From contig NZ_CP121327.1 of NCBI RefSeq assembly GCF_043584775.1, forward strand, positions 1,394,400 through 1,458,399: 64,000 nucleotides of DNA. The letters run 5' to 3'. Source of the DNA: Hyphobacterium sp. (GTDB taxonomy: Bacteria > Pseudomonadota > Alphaproteobacteria > Caulobacterales > Maricaulaceae). The translations under genes and the position numbers were made by a program. The notes beneath the pieces were generated by a model, which saw only the letters and a program-made list of their open reading frames with translations, did not search any database and was not told the DNA's origin. The first letter of the stretch is position 1, and each line of letters opens with the position of its first letter. This document shows, piece after piece, positions 48,743 to 58,165 of the stretch.

Positions 48743-49885
48743 ATGATTGAAAATGCGTTGATCGCTATCGGTTTCGTGATGGCATTGGATGGCGCCGTCG
48801 AATGTCCGGAATCGGAGTCCTATTGCATTCTCGACACCGAAATCCCGGCGGAAGTCCTCGCGGAGCAACTCCAAGGGTTGGATGAAACCTATTGGGTAGA
48901 AGGCAACACACTATTTGCGGCTGCTAGGCGGGAAAGTGAAAGTGTATTTTTTTGCTGTGCGGTTCAAACGTCTATGCGGCGGGCCGGCGATAGCGATTAT
49001 TGGTATGTAGCAGTCGAAGTGCCACGGATCAGCGAAGCCATTCTTGATATTTTTCCAATACCGTTTGATTTGCCCGGGCGCCGCCAGCCATTCCAACCAT
49101 TAGAATACTGGGGGCCTGATGCACCCCCGCGTGTAGATCGAAATCCGGTTACAGAAATCCACGTCACCGACCAAGCGATAGATAGCGAATCTCTAAACGC
49201 GATCCGTCAAATTTCAATCTACGAACCGCCTGAACTTGCTGGTTCTGAAAATCATCCGGTAGTTTTTTTGGCTGATGGGCAAGGCACAGGCGTTTTTGCA
49301 GCAATTGCCCAGTCCCTTATAGAGGCTTGCCGAATTGAACCGGTCCTTCTCGTCGGCCTCTGGCATGGGAATGTTGAAGGCGAACATTATCCCGGAAATG
49401 CTTCTGACCCAAGAAGTCATGACTATCTCTGGGGTGTCGATGGCGGTCATTTCGAACAATACGAGGCTTTCTTCTTGAACGACGTAATGCCGCTAGTCGA
49501 ACGACGGTATAATGCCAGCGATGAGCCCAGTCGTAGGGCGCTGTTTGGCAATTCAAGTGGCGGGGCATGGGCATTATCCACCGGCCTCAGAAATCCTGAA
49601 ACATTTGGCACAATTGCAGCAGCATCAACGGTATGGCGGCGATCTATCAATGCAGCACCCCCGACCGAAGGCCCACGCTACATTTTCACGACCGGGCTCC
49701 TTGACCAACGTGCACAAACTGCGTTGGACGATATTATGACCGGCTTTGCCGAGACCGGAGCTGACCATGAATCCCGCACATTGGTTGCTGGCCATTCTCC
49801 ACTCGTTGCGTATCGAGCCTTCGCTGATTTGCTTTTGAGTGAGTTTCCTGCCGCCGAGGATGCTGGTTGCGGGCCCGATGAATGA
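48743..49885 (+). CDS. Alpha/beta-hydrolase esterase, enterochelin-esterase (Fes/IroE)-like
   Basis: The start is taken at ATG 48743 (AGGGG 7 nt upstream). The nucleophile elbow is LFGNSSGGAWAL (GxSxG). The N-terminal beta-rich domain (YWYVAVEVPRISEAILDIFPIPF) and the overall layout resemble the putative-esterase/enterochelin-esterase family. Confidence 0.55.
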   Translation: MIENALIAIGFVMALDGAVECPESESYCILDTEIPAEVLAEQLQGLDETYWVEGNTLFAAARRESESVFFCCAVQTSMRRAGDSDYWYVAVEVPRISEAILDIFPIPFDLPGRRQPFQPLEYWGPDAPPRVDRNPVTEIHVTDQAIDSESLNAIRQISIYEPPELAGSENHPVVFLADGQGTGVFAAIAQSLIEACRIEPVLLVGLWHGNVEGEHYPGNASDPRSHDYLWGVDGGHFEQYEAFFLNDVMPLVERRYNASDEPSRRALFGNSSGGAWALSTGLRNPETFGTIAAASTVWRRSINAAPPTEGPRYIFTTGLLDQRAQTALDDIMTGFAETGADHESRTLVAGHSPLVAYRAFADLLLSEFPAAEDAGCGPDE

Positions 49886-49915
49886 AGTCCTCCCCTTAAC
49901 GCATTCGAGCAATCA

Positions 49916-50689
49916 TTGATGATAATCTCGTTTCTAATCGCGGCATTCACCGCTTCGTCTGATTGCCCTCTCGAAATACCGAGCATCTCGGCTGTTCAAA
50001 CCGATGAAAGCCATCAAGATTTGGTAGAGGCCTATCATGAGGACTTAGTCGAACGGCTAAGGCATCTTGAATCTCCAACGGAAGAGCCGACGAATGCGTG
50101 GGAGTATTTCCTATCGGCCGACCAAACAACCGCGGACGAGCGAGCCAGTTGCCTTTTGAACCTTGTTTCGCACGACATGTATATCCGATTGGAATTGGGG
50201 CGACTTGGACAGGAAGCGGCACCAGAAGACGAACGTCGCCAGTACATGATCAGCGCCTCACGCACGATGGCAGCGATAGATCAACGAAACCGGGAGTGGC
50301 TGCGTGGCCAAGTCGAAAATCATGGTTGGTTTTCCATCAGCGGGTTTGGTGAAGACGCTGACCAAGCCGCTTTTCTGATCGTTCAACACGCGGACGGTGA
50401 CATCGCATTCCAACAAGAGATGCTCGATTTGCTATTGCCGCTGGCGGCGTCAGGCGAGACAAGTGTCATCGGCTTCTCCTACTTGATGGACCGCGTGGCC
50501 GTGAATACCGGCGAGCGACAACTTTATGGGACACAAGGTTGGTGTACTGGTCCCAATAGTTGGGAGCCACGCGAGTACGAAGGATCGAGGCAAGATGTTG
50601 ATGGACGACGACAGGCTATCGGTCTTCAACCGCTAGAAAACTACATCTCTCACATTGCCCAAAATTGCACTACTGATCAGCGATACTGA
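49916..50689 (+). CDS. Exported protein, member 3 of the island paralog family (possibly DUF6624-like)
   Basis: The N-terminus is hydrophobic (MMIISFLIAAFTASSDC, possibly a lipobox). The block HGWFSISGFGEDADQAAFLIVQHADGDIAFQQEML...LMDRVAVNTGERQLYGTQGWC...VDGRRQAIGLQPLENY is shared with the other two members. Confidence 0.6.
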   Translation: MMIISFLIAAFTASSDCPLEIPSISAVQTDESHQDLVEAYHEDLVERLRHLESPTEEPTNAWEYFLSADQTTADERASCLLNLVSHDMYIRLELGRLGQEAAPEDERRQYMISASRTMAAIDQRNREWLRGQVENHGWFSISGFGEDADQAAFLIVQHADGDIAFQQEMLDLLLPLAASGETSVIGFSYLMDRVAVNTGERQLYGTQGWCTGPNSWEPREYEGSRQDVDGRRQAIGLQPLENYISHIAQNCTTDQRY

Positions 50690-50827
50690 GCAGCCAGAAT
50701 CATCGTTGATGGCTCTCGCATGGATCAAAATTCCAGTGCCCGGACACGATTCTTCTTGGCCCTGACATGGTTTTAGTGGCGCCATGTTCAGAACAGGCGA
50801 GCCTCGATTCGATTGGCGAGTTACCTA

Positions 50828-51490
50828 ATGAAAGAAAAGCCAAAGCCGGAAAAGAAATCGGAGTCCTTGGAGATCAGGGTAGCACCACATGAAAAGGCTG
50901 CCTTTCTACAAGCATGCCGAAATTTGGGCCTCACAGCTAGCAACGTTCTTCGTCAATCAATGCGGGCATTTGTCCTGCGCCAAACCAACCTTCTTCCTCG
51001 AAAAGGGATAGCGATGATCACAACAGCTTTGATCGGAGTCTTCGGATGGGTAATGCTTGGCTCGTATCAGGCGGGCGCAGCCCCAATTAATACGGATGTC
51101 GATTTACAATTTCATTACGTCGATGAAAGCGGAACTCTATCTCGCCGCCGAATGTCGGCGCAATTGGATATGGAGTTGGGGGAAACCGTTTCGATGTATG
51201 TGAACGATGACGGCCCTTTATCGATTGCCAGTTTTTTTGATGCGCCAGAATCTATGGAGGGCTCACGTATCCGTATCGATCTCACCGCAAGGGCCGCATC
51301 TGTCGATGATCAAGTGACTTATAATGCGATCCTTCGTCTGATAGGCGCCGATGGAGAATTTGTTGGTGAACCTATCGAACCTGAGCTGACAGTAAAATAT
51401 GGGTCACAAGCCGAAATTGTCATCGGGTTTGAAGTCTTTGGCGCATCTGATGAGATGTTGGAAATCAGCCTCCAGCCGAATGTCAGATAA
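50828..51490 (+). CDS. Membrane-anchored ribbon-helix-helix protein, second copy of the architecture
   Basis: MKEKPKPEKKSESLEIRVAPHEKAAFLQACRNLGLTASNVLRQSMRAFV forms the RHH. It is followed by the TM helix IAMITTALIGVFGWVMLGSY and a periplasmic domain of about 145 aa ending LEISLQPNVR (compare LISISLRPAL in 37298-37969). Confidence 0.6.
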   Translation: MKEKPKPEKKSESLEIRVAPHEKAAFLQACRNLGLTASNVLRQSMRAFVLRQTNLLPRKGIAMITTALIGVFGWVMLGSYQAGAAPINTDVDLQFHYVDESGTLSRRRMSAQLDMELGETVSMYVNDDGPLSIASFFDAPESMEGSRIRIDLTARAASVDDQVTYNAILRLIGADGEFVGEPIEPELTVKYGSQAEIVIGFEVFGASDEMLEISLQPNVR

Positions 51491-51557
51491 ATCCCTCGAG
51501 GCGAACATTTAACTCTGCCGGTCATTGATCAAAACATCAGCCGAGGCGGCGCTTTTA

Positions 51558-51974
51558 TCAATTCGACAGCCCATCCGACGACGCCACGACGATTGACGCA
51601 TTGTCCCTCAACCGGGATCGAAACACATGCTGATCATTCACCGACTTGATGTGCTCCAAGATCGCTTGAAAGTCAGATCGACAATTCGTGCCAATTTTAA
51701 ACAAGGTCGACGAAGTAACATTGGCACCATCTGAGGCGGCCTCATCTGGCAGCACTAATTCCTCAGCAAATACGGGTTCGATGCAATTGATAGAAATGAA
51801 CTCGCCATTCTTCTTTAGCTCGACAATGGGCTGGTCGTTGTAGAGGTATCGATCCCCGCGTAATTTCACGTGTCCGGCGTGGAAAATCAGCAGATTGCTT
51901 TGCTTTAAAAGGGTGAGTTCAAAGCAGTCCTGCACCCGCATTTTTTGTTGATCTCGTATATTGAATAATTTCAC
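51558..51974 (-). CDS. Hypothetical cytoplasmic protein
   Basis: About 138 aa. A strong RBS GGAAGGAG precedes the GTG/TTG start (51974/51977). No recognisable motif. Confidence 0.5.
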   Translation of the reverse strand: MKLFNIRDQQKMRVQDCFELTLLKQSNLLIFHAGHVKLRGDRYLYNDQPIVELKKNGEFISINCIEPVFAEELVLPDEAASDGANVTSSTLFKIGTNCRSDFQAILEHIKSVNDQHVFRSRLRDNASIVVASSDGLSN

Positions 51975-52181
51975 CAAAATTCTCCTTCCCTCTATTTAGG
52001 GCCGGTCGCCATTTGAGTGTTCCCGAGGCCTCTAGAATGCCTCTGAGTGGCCAATTCTCTCGGTTAATCGGGGGAAGTATGAACGCCTCGATGCGGAAAA
52101 TCGTACAAAGCTAGTAGAGCCAAAGTGCAAAAAAATGGGCCGGAACTTTCATTCCGACCCTCTAGATATTGATGGGAGCCA

Positions 52182-52289
52182 TCAAAGAAAATCTGAAAAG
52201 AACTTGGAACCTAGTTTTTGCTTCTTGTCGGCCTTCTCTTCGAATATGCCCGCAGCCCATGCCTCTATCTCCGAGGGTTTCCAGACCTT
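52182..52289 (-). pseudogene. Possible C-terminal remnant of an AlpA/excisionase-type HTH protein, truncated by the IS element
   Basis: The reverse frame abutting the IS left end reads KVWKPSEIEAWAAGIFEEKADKKQKLGSKFFSDFL then a stop. W-x2-SEIEAW is the typical C-terminal motif of AlpA/Xis-like DNA-binding domains. Only 35 codons remain, so the call is weak. Confidence 0.35.
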
Positions 52290-52319
52290 GTGACCCAGCC
52301 CCCTGATCCGGGCTGATCG

Positions 52320-53243
52320 TTAGTAGAGTCTGTTCGCCTTTCTTTCTGGTTTTGGTTCAAGGTTCAAGGCCCGGTGAGCGGAGCCCATGCGTAGCTCAGG
52401 CGAACCGGGCCGGTGTTTGCGGGTTTGCTGGGCGTAGATGACCGGGGCCAGCCCTCCCAGCGAGGTGTGGGGCCGGCAGGTATTGTAGTCGATCCGCCAA
52501 GCCTCGATCAGGGTTCGCGCTTCGGAGAGTGACGAGAACAGGTGCTCGTTCAGGCACTCGTCCCGCAGGCGGCCATTGAAGCTCTCCACGAAGCCATTCT
52601 GCTGGGGCTTTCCCGGGGCGATGTAATGCCATTCGACACCGCGCTCTTTCTGCCAGCGTAGGATGGCGTGGCTTGTCAGCTCCGTGCCATTGTCCGAGAC
52701 GATCATGGCCGGCTTGCCGCGCCGGGCGATGATCCGGTCCAGTTCCCGGCCCACGCGCACGCCCGAGAGCGAGGTGTCGACCGTGATCGCCAGTGCTTCA
52801 CGGGTGAAGTCGTCCACCACGCACAGGGTGCGGAAGCGACGCCCGTCGGTAAGCGCATCCGCCACGAAGTCCAGGCTCCAGCGCTGGTTGGCGCCGCTCG
52901 GCAGCAGCATGGGACGGCGCGTTCCCGTGGCCCGCTTGCGGCCCCGGCGTCGGCGTACCGCCAGACCTTCCTCGCGGTAGATACGGTAAAGCTTCTTGTG
53001 GTTCGCATTCAGCCCCTCCCGGGCCAGAAGAATGCCCAGACGGCGATAGCCGAAGCGGCGACGTTCGCCAGCCAGGTCGCGCAACCGCTCACGTAGACGC
53101 TCATCGCCCGCATCGCGCTTGCGATACTGGAAGGTCGAGCGGTCCAGCCGGACCAACCGGCACGCCCGACGCTCGCTCAGCCCGTGCGCCTCCACCAGGT
53201 GACGCGCGACCCGCCGCTTCACATCGGGCGTTAGAAGTTTTTT
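52320..53243 (-). CDS. IS3-family transposase OrfB (DDE/RNase-H catalytic domain), expressed as an OrfAB fusion by -1 frameshifting
   Basis: After a -1 slip at AAAAAAC the frame reads [31 protein letters not shown]...NQRWSLDFV...[11 protein letters not shown]...[23 protein letters not shown] (D, D, E region). The part of the 402-aa track ORF upstream of the slip site is not expected to be translated. Confidence 0.9.
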   Translation of the reverse strand, partial: KKLLTPDVKRRVARHLVEAHGLSERRACRLVRLDRSTFQYRKRDAGDERLRERLRDLAGERRRFGYRRLGILLAREGLNANHKKLYRIYREEGLAVRRRRGRKRATGTRRPMLLPSGANQRWSLDFVADALTDGRRFRTLCVVDDFTREALAITVDTSLSGVRVGRELDRIIARRGKPAMIVSDNGTELTSHAILRWQKERGVEWHYIAPGKPQQNGFVESFNGRLRDECLNEHLFSSLSEARTLIEAWRIDYNTCRPHTSLGGLAPVIYAQQTRKHRPGSPELRMGSAHRALNLEPKPERKANRLY

Positions 53244-53497
53244 GAGGCGAGATCCTTCAGCGCCGCATTGTCCAGCATCTGCTCGGCCAGTAACCGCTTC
53301 AGCTTGGCATTCTCTGCTTCCAGCGTCCGTAGACGCTGAGCATCCGACACCGTCATGCCGCCGAACTTGGCCTTGTACTTGTAAAAGGTCGCGTCCGAGA
53401 TGCCGTACTTGCGGCATAGCTCCTTCGTCGTGACACCCGCTTCGTGCTCGCGGAGCATCCCGATAATCTGTTCTTCCGAATAACGGCTCTTGCGCAT
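53231..53497 (-). CDS. IS3-family transposase OrfA (HTH)
   Basis: 88-aa [91 protein letters not shown], with a leucine zipper. The slippery heptamer A-AAA-AAC lies at 53243-53237. Confidence 0.92.
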   Translation of the reverse strand: MRKSRYSEEQIIGMLREHEAGVTTKELCRKYGISDATFYKYKAKFGGMTVSDAQRLRTLEAENAKLKRLLAEQMLDNAALKDLASKNF

Positions 53498-53558
53498 CGT
53501 CCATCCTCTTCTCGATGGACTCTACCATCCCGTGGCCGGAATTCAGGGGGCTGGGTCA

Positions 53559-53906
53559 ACAGCTGATGAGCCCATCATCCGGATGCGATCTGGTACACCA
53601 TATAAAAACAAAGACACTTTCGCGAAAGACTTCCGAAAAGTTCGAAACCTTGCATTCAAAGCCGACGTTCGGACCTTCAAGGACATACGCCGATCAGGCA
53701 ATCTCGAGGCAGACTTGGGCGATGCATCAGCGGAAGATCGAGCGGAGATTCTTGCTAACACCCTTCATAAGAGCGGGTATCTTGAAGCCACTTATACACC
53801 GGCCACTGTAGCCCGCGGAAAAAAGATTCGGGACAACCGGGCTGCCGGCCGCGCCCTGCTCGAGGCCGAAAAAAAAGCCAAGAGTCGGAACGATGATGAG
53901 AAATAG
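53559..53906 (+). pseudogene. Tyrosine integrase, C-terminal ~115 codons only (5' part removed at the IS junction)
   Basis: Beginning exactly at the IS right end the frame reads TADEPIIRMRSGTPYKNKDTFAKDFRKVRNLAFKADVRTFKDIRRSGNLEADLGDASAEDRAEILANTLHKSGYLEATYTPATVARGKK.... The FKDIRRSG (HxLRR-box position) and ATY (catalytic Tyr region) layout fits the C-terminal catalytic domain. The position next to the tRNA att site is typical. Confidence 0.65.
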
Positions 53907-53963
53907 AGTCGGAACGAGTCGGAATGGAGCGCGCCACTTCCTGCATATTATTGATTTTATTGC

Positions 53964-54046
<83 letters not shown>

Positions 54047-54078
54047 GTGGCCATTCCATCCCTTTCGGGAAGGCGCGT

Positions 54079-54107
54079 TGTCTACGCAAGGCCGCGCCCG
54101 TGGTCAA
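54079..54107 (-). promoter_or_regulatory. Possible sigma70-type promoter for tRNA-Asp
   Basis: The reverse strand carries TTGACC (54107-54102), then 17 nt, then TAGACA (54084-54079), about 32 nt upstream of the tRNA 5' end. Pattern match only. Confidence 0.35.
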
Positions 54108-54260
54108 GCGCGTTTCGCGGCATAGTGCAGGCCCAATGTGCAGTTTGTCCCATCGCGCCGCGACACGCTCCGCCGCGCGCAAATCCGGCCGTGCGGGTAC
54201 AGCCTGAAAATCGGTCAAAAAGTGTGTTGCCGGTAAGCTTTCGCTCTTGCTCCTGGCTTG

Positions 54261-54346
54261 CCAAGCCGAAGCTCGCGCCAGCGAGCGAAGGCCCCTGCCG
54301 GGGCCATCCGCGCCTAAATTTGATCCACCGGATCAAATTTTCTGCC
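54261..54346. repeat. REP/MITE-like palindromic intergenic repeat, copy A (between tRNA-Val and tRNA-Asp)
   Basis: CCAAGCCGAAGCTCGCGCCAGCGAGCGAAGGCCCCTGCCGGGGCCATCCGCGCCTAAATTTGATCCACCGGATCAAATTTTCTGCC closely matches 63306-63389. It contains two hairpins (GGCCCC-TGCC-GGGGCC and TTGATCC-ACC-GGATCAA). Confidence 0.8.
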
Positions 54347-54365
54347 ACGGCAGACCGTCTTGGAA

Positions 54366-54441
54366 TGGTGGGCGGTGAGGGGTTCGAACCCCCGACCCTC
54401 TCGGTGTAAACGAGATGCTCTCCCAGCTGAGCTAACCGCCC
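54366..54441 (-). tRNA. tRNA-Val (anticodon TAC)
   Basis: The reverse strand reads GGGCGGTTAGCTCAGCTGGGAGAGCATCTCGTTTACACCGAGAGGGTCGGGGGTTCGAACCCCTCACCGCCCACCA. Anticodon loop is TTTACAC, the T-loop is GGTTCGAACCC, and CCA is encoded. Confidence 0.92.
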
Positions 54442-54463
54442 GGTTGATCGCTAGATAGACTCT

Positions 54464-55624
54464 TTATTCGCGTTCGTGAAGTACCGATGACGGTGCGAGC
54501 CGATCTGCCCCGTAACAGCCGAGGATTCGCAGCCGGGTGGTGCAGTTTTCCAGCTCCGTCAGTGCGCGTTTGCACTCCGGTGCGTTCATATTAGACTCGA
54601 TATCGAGGAAGAACATCTCCTCCCACGGCGCGCCGGGGACCGGACGGCTTTCCAGCCGCGCCAGATTGATTCCCCCGTCCCGGAAGGCGGCCAGCCCATC
54701 GACGAGCGCGCCGGGCGTATGCTTGGTGGCAAACACAATGGTCGTCTTGCACGGCAGGCCGGGCGCCGGCGGCTTGGGCGATTTCGCGAGGGAGACGAAG
54801 CGTGTGTAATTCTCTCCGGCATCGCTGGCCTGATCATCAATCACATTCAGGCCGAACAGGCGGGCTGCATCCGCGCCGGCAATCGCCGCAGTCTGTCCGC
54901 CCTCCTCCATTGCATGTTCCAATGCCCGCGTCGACGAACTGGCGAAACGCTGGGTGATACCGTCCAGCCCCGACAGGAAGCGCCGGCATTGGGCCAGGGC
55001 CTGCGGATGGCCGTAAATCGTGGAAATGCCGCTCAGCGACTTGCCCCTCCCCACGACGCAATGGCGAACGCGGTAGTGATGCTCTCCAGCGATCTCGAGC
55101 TGGGTATCCAACAGCAGGTCATAAACTTCGTTGATGCTGCCGGTCGTGGTGTTTTCAATCGGCAGGAAGGCGTAATCGGCCTCGCCCTCCTCGACCGCCC
55201 GAACGATGGAGGAAAAATCGCGGCGCACGACCGGCGCCATCGCCGAATGCCGACCGGCAAAGTGCGCCAGGGCAGCAAAATGCGAATAACTGCCGGGACC
55301 ACCGAGATAGGCCACGCGCGCCTCGCCTTCTGCCTCCATCGCGCGGGCATCCAGTTCGGCGCGTTGACCGCTGAGGGAAAGCTCGATCAGCGTCTGGTAA
55401 AGGCGCTCGACGGCGGACGGGTCGAGCCCGAGTGCGGCGCCATTCTCGATGGCCGCCCGGAGCACGTCCCGCTCCCGGGCCGTGTCTCGCACCGCGGCAC
55501 CGCTCTGCGCCTTGGCGCGGGCGACCTGAATGCCAAGCGAGGCCCGCTTTGCACACAGACGTAAAATATCGCGATCCGTGTCGTCGATCTCGGCGCGCAA
55601 ATTTTCCAGCGTATTCTTCGGCAT
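54464..55624 (-). CDS. pheA: Bifunctional chorismate mutase / prephenate dehydratase (P-protein)
   Basis: The start is taken at [38 protein letters not shown] (CM type 2 domain). It is followed by [15 protein letters not shown] (PDT domain), TRFVSLA and a C-terminal ACT domain (ESRP motif). Confidence 0.9.
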   Translation of the reverse strand: MPKNTLENLRAEIDDTDRDILRLCAKRASLGIQVARAKAQSGAAVRDTARERDVLRAAIENGAALGLDPSAVERLYQTLIELSLSGQRAELDARAMEAEGEARVAYLGGPGSYSHFAALAHFAGRHSAMAPVVRRDFSSIVRAVEEGEADYAFLPIENTTTGSINEVYDLLLDTQLEIAGEHHYRVRHCVVGRGKSLSGISTIYGHPQALAQCRRFLSGLDGITQRFASSSTRALEHAMEEGGQTAAIAGADAARLFGLNVIDDQASDAGENYTRFVSLAKSPKPPAPGLPCKTTIVFATKHTPGALVDGLAAFRDGGINLARLESRPVPGAPWEEMFFLDIESNMNAPECKRALTELENCTTRLRILGCYGADRLAPSSVLHERE

Positions 55625-55701
55625 GTCCGGTCCATCCTGCTTCTGCGTGATCGTTAGCAGGTGCAGCAAAAATGGAAAGCCCGTGCAGTCATGCGGACAA
55701 G

Positions 55702-55731
55702 AAAAACGCCGCCCCGATAACGGGACGGCGC
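55702..55731 (-). terminator. Rho-independent terminator downstream of lon
   Basis: The reverse strand reads AGCGCCGTCCCGTTATCGGGGCGGCGTTTTTC, about 25 nt after the lon stop. Confidence 0.7.
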
Positions 55732-55756
55732 TTCTTACTCAGCATTTGTATTCAGA

Positions 55757-58165
55757 TCAGTGCGCGATCGGGCTGCCGGCTGCCGTGCCGCCGGATGGTG
55801 ACGTCGACAGCGCCGCCAAGGCTGCGTCATCGGCTTCCGTCCATTCGGCCGGAACGATCGGGCTCACCAGTGCATTCTCCAGCACTTCCTCGATTGTGGA
55901 GACCGGGATGATCGTCAGACCGGCTTTCACATTATCGGGAATCTCGGCGAGATCCTTTTCATTCTCGGACGGGATCAGCACCGTCTTCACGCCGCCACGC
56001 AGCGCCGCGAGCAGCTTTTCCTTCAATCCGCCAATGGGCAGCACTCGGCCGCGCAATGTGATTTCGCCTGTCATGGCGACGTCCTTGCGCACCGGGATCT
56101 GATTGAGCACCGAGACAATGGCGGTCATCATGCCGATACCGGCGGACGGGCCATCTTTCGGCGTTGCGCCTTCCGGCACATGGACGTGGATGTCCGTCGC
56201 CCGGAAGACGGTGGGCTTCACGCCCAGCTTGGGCGCCCTCGCCTGCACGAAGGAATTGGCCGCCGAAATCGACTCCTTCATCACATCGCGCAGATTGCCC
56301 GTGACGGTCATCTTGCCCCGGCCCGCCATCTTGACGGCCTCGATGGTGAGGAGATCGCCACCGACCTCGGTCCAGGCCAGACCGGTGACCACACCGATCT
56401 TGTCCTCGCCCTCGGTTTCGCCAAAGCGATGTTTGCGGACACCGGCAAAGTCGCCGAGATTGTCCGACGTGATGGTGACAGACTTCGTTTCACCGCCTTC
56501 AATCCGGCGCACGGACTTCCGGGCCAGATTGGCGAGTTCACGTTCCAGGCTGCGGACACCCGCTTCGCGCGTGTAATAGCGGATCAGATCGCGAATGGCG
56601 CTTTCCTCGACCGAAAACTCTTCCGGTTTGAGGGCATGGTTCTTGATCTGCTTGGGCAGCAGGTGACGGGTCGCAATCTCGACCTTCTCGTCCTCGGTGT
56701 AACCCGCGATCCGGATAATCTCCATCCGGTCGAGAAGCGGTTGCGGCATGTTCAGCGAGTTCGCCGTCGTCACAAACATGATGTCCGACAGATCATAGTC
56801 CACTTCCAGATAGTGATCTGCGAAGGTGGAATTCTGTTCCGGATCAAGCACTTCCAGCAGGGCCGCCGACGGATCGCCGCGATAGTCCGCGCCGAGCTTG
56901 TCGATCTCGTCCAGCAGGAAGAGCGGATTGGTCGACTTTTTCTTCTTCAGCGACTGGATGATGCGCCCCGGCATGGAGCCGATATAGGTGCGGCGGTGAC
57001 CGCGAATCTCGGCTTCATCTCTCACACCACCCAAAGACATGCGAACAAACTCACGGCCCGTTGATTTGGCAATGGATTTGCCCAGCGAGGTCTTGCCAAC
57101 GCCGGGAGGCCCCACAAGACAAAGGATCGGACCTTTCAGTTTCTTGGCGCGGGCCTGAACAGCGAGATGCTCCAGGATGCGTTCCTTGACCTTGTCGAGG
57201 CCATAATGATCCGCATTGAGCGTGTCCTCGGCCTTCTTCAGGTCGTGCTTGAGGCGCTTGCGCTTGCCCCAGGGCAGTGACGTCATCCAGTCGAGATAAT
57301 TGCGCACAACCGTCGCTTCGGCTGACATCGGGCTCATCTGCTTGAGCTTGCGGAATTCTGCATCCGCCTTCTCGCGGGCTTCCTTCGAGAGCTTGGTCTT
57401 CTCGATCTTGGCCTCGATCTCGGCCATCTCCTCACGGCTATCATCAGGCTCACCCAGCTCGCGCTGGATCGCCTTCATCTGCTCGTTGAGATAATATTCG
57501 CGCTGCGTCTTCTCCATCTGGCGTTTGACGCGGCTACGGATTTTCTTTTCGACCTGAAGGACGGAAATCTCGCCTTCCATGAGGCCCATCACCTGCTCCA
57601 GACGACGCGCAACATCACGCTGTTCCAGAAGGTTCTGTTTTTCAGCAATCTTGACGGCCAGGTGCGCGGAAATCGCATCGGCCAGCTTTGCCGGATCCGT
57701 AACTTCCTTGATGGTGGCAAGCGCGTCCGGCGGCACTTTCTTGTTCAGCTTGACATAGTCATCAAACTTCACGGCCGCAGCGCGCATCAGCGCCTCCATC
57801 TCGGAGGCATCGCCGATTTCCTCGCTCAGAATGGTCGCTTCGGCCTCGAAATAGGCGGCATTGTCGAGATAGCGCTCGATTTCAATGCGGGCCCCGCCCT
57901 CGACCAGCACCTTGACGGTGCCATCGGGCAGCTTCAGCAATTGCAGGACGGACGCGATGACGCCGGTCGTGTGAATATTCGCGGGCGACGGGTCGTCGTC
58001 TCCGGCATTTTTCTGGGTGGCGAGCAAAATCTGCTTGTCGGCCCGCATCACCTCTTCCAGCGCGGCGACGGATTTCTCGCGGCCAACGAAGAGCGGCACG
58101 ATCATGTGTGGAAACACAACAATGTCGCGCAGGGGCAAGAGCGGAAGGATTTTGGTCTCGGTCAT
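55757..58165 (-). CDS. lon: ATP-dependent protease Lon (LonA)
   Basis: 802-aa ORF with the N-terminal [26 protein letters not shown], Walker [16 protein letters not shown] and the protease motif [17 protein letters not shown]. Confidence 0.97.
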   Translation of the reverse strand: MTETKILPLLPLRDIVVFPHMIVPLFVGREKSVAALEEVMRADKQILLATQKNAGDDDPSPANIHTTGVIASVLQLLKLPDGTVKVLVEGGARIEIERYLDNAAYFEAEATILSEEIGDASEMEALMRAAAVKFDDYVKLNKKVPPDALATIKEVTDPAKLADAISAHLAVKIAEKQNLLEQRDVARRLEQVMGLMEGEISVLQVEKKIRSRVKRQMEKTQREYYLNEQMKAIQRELGEPDDSREEMAEIEAKIEKTKLSKEAREKADAEFRKLKQMSPMSAEATVVRNYLDWMTSLPWGKRKRLKHDLKKAEDTLNADHYGLDKVKERILEHLAVQARAKKLKGPILCLVGPPGVGKTSLGKSIAKSTGREFVRMSLGGVRDEAEIRGHRRTYIGSMPGRIIQSLKKKKSTNPLFLLDEIDKLGADYRGDPSAALLEVLDPEQNSTFADHYLEVDYDLSDIMFVTTANSLNMPQPLLDRMEIIRIAGYTEDEKVEIATRHLLPKQIKNHALKPEEFSVEESAIRDLIRYYTREAGVRSLERELANLARKSVRRIEGGETKSVTITSDNLGDFAGVRKHRFGETEGEDKIGVVTGLAWTEVGGDLLTIEAVKMAGRGKMTVTGNLRDVMKESISAANSFVQARAPKLGVKPTVFRATDIHVHVPEGATPKDGPSAGIGMMTAIVSVLNQIPVRKDVAMTGEITLRGRVLPIGGLKEKLLAALRGGVKTVLIPSENEKDLAEIPDNVKAGLTIIPVSTIEEVLENALVSPIVPAEWTEADDAALAALSTSPSGGTAAGSPIAH

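Larger units (their letters stand above)
52291..53558 (-). mobile_element. IS3-family insertion sequence (IS407-group-like), 1268 bp, no target-site duplication
   Basis: The terminal inverted repeats are TGACCCAGCCCCCTGA at 52291-52306 and its reverse complement at 53543-53558 (16 of 16), with further imperfect matches inward. orfA and orfB are joined by a -1 frameshift site. The flanking tetramers are CTTG on the left and ACAG on the right, which are not a duplication. Confidence 0.9.

Noticed and set aside
52396-53433. Several ORFs inside the IS element: 52396-52632, 52663-52980, 52668-53096, 52703-53008 and 53242-53433.
   Set aside because: They are alternative frames or the antisense strand of the IS3 transposase OrfB. 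The OrfA/OrfB frames with the AAAAAAC slip site account for the element.
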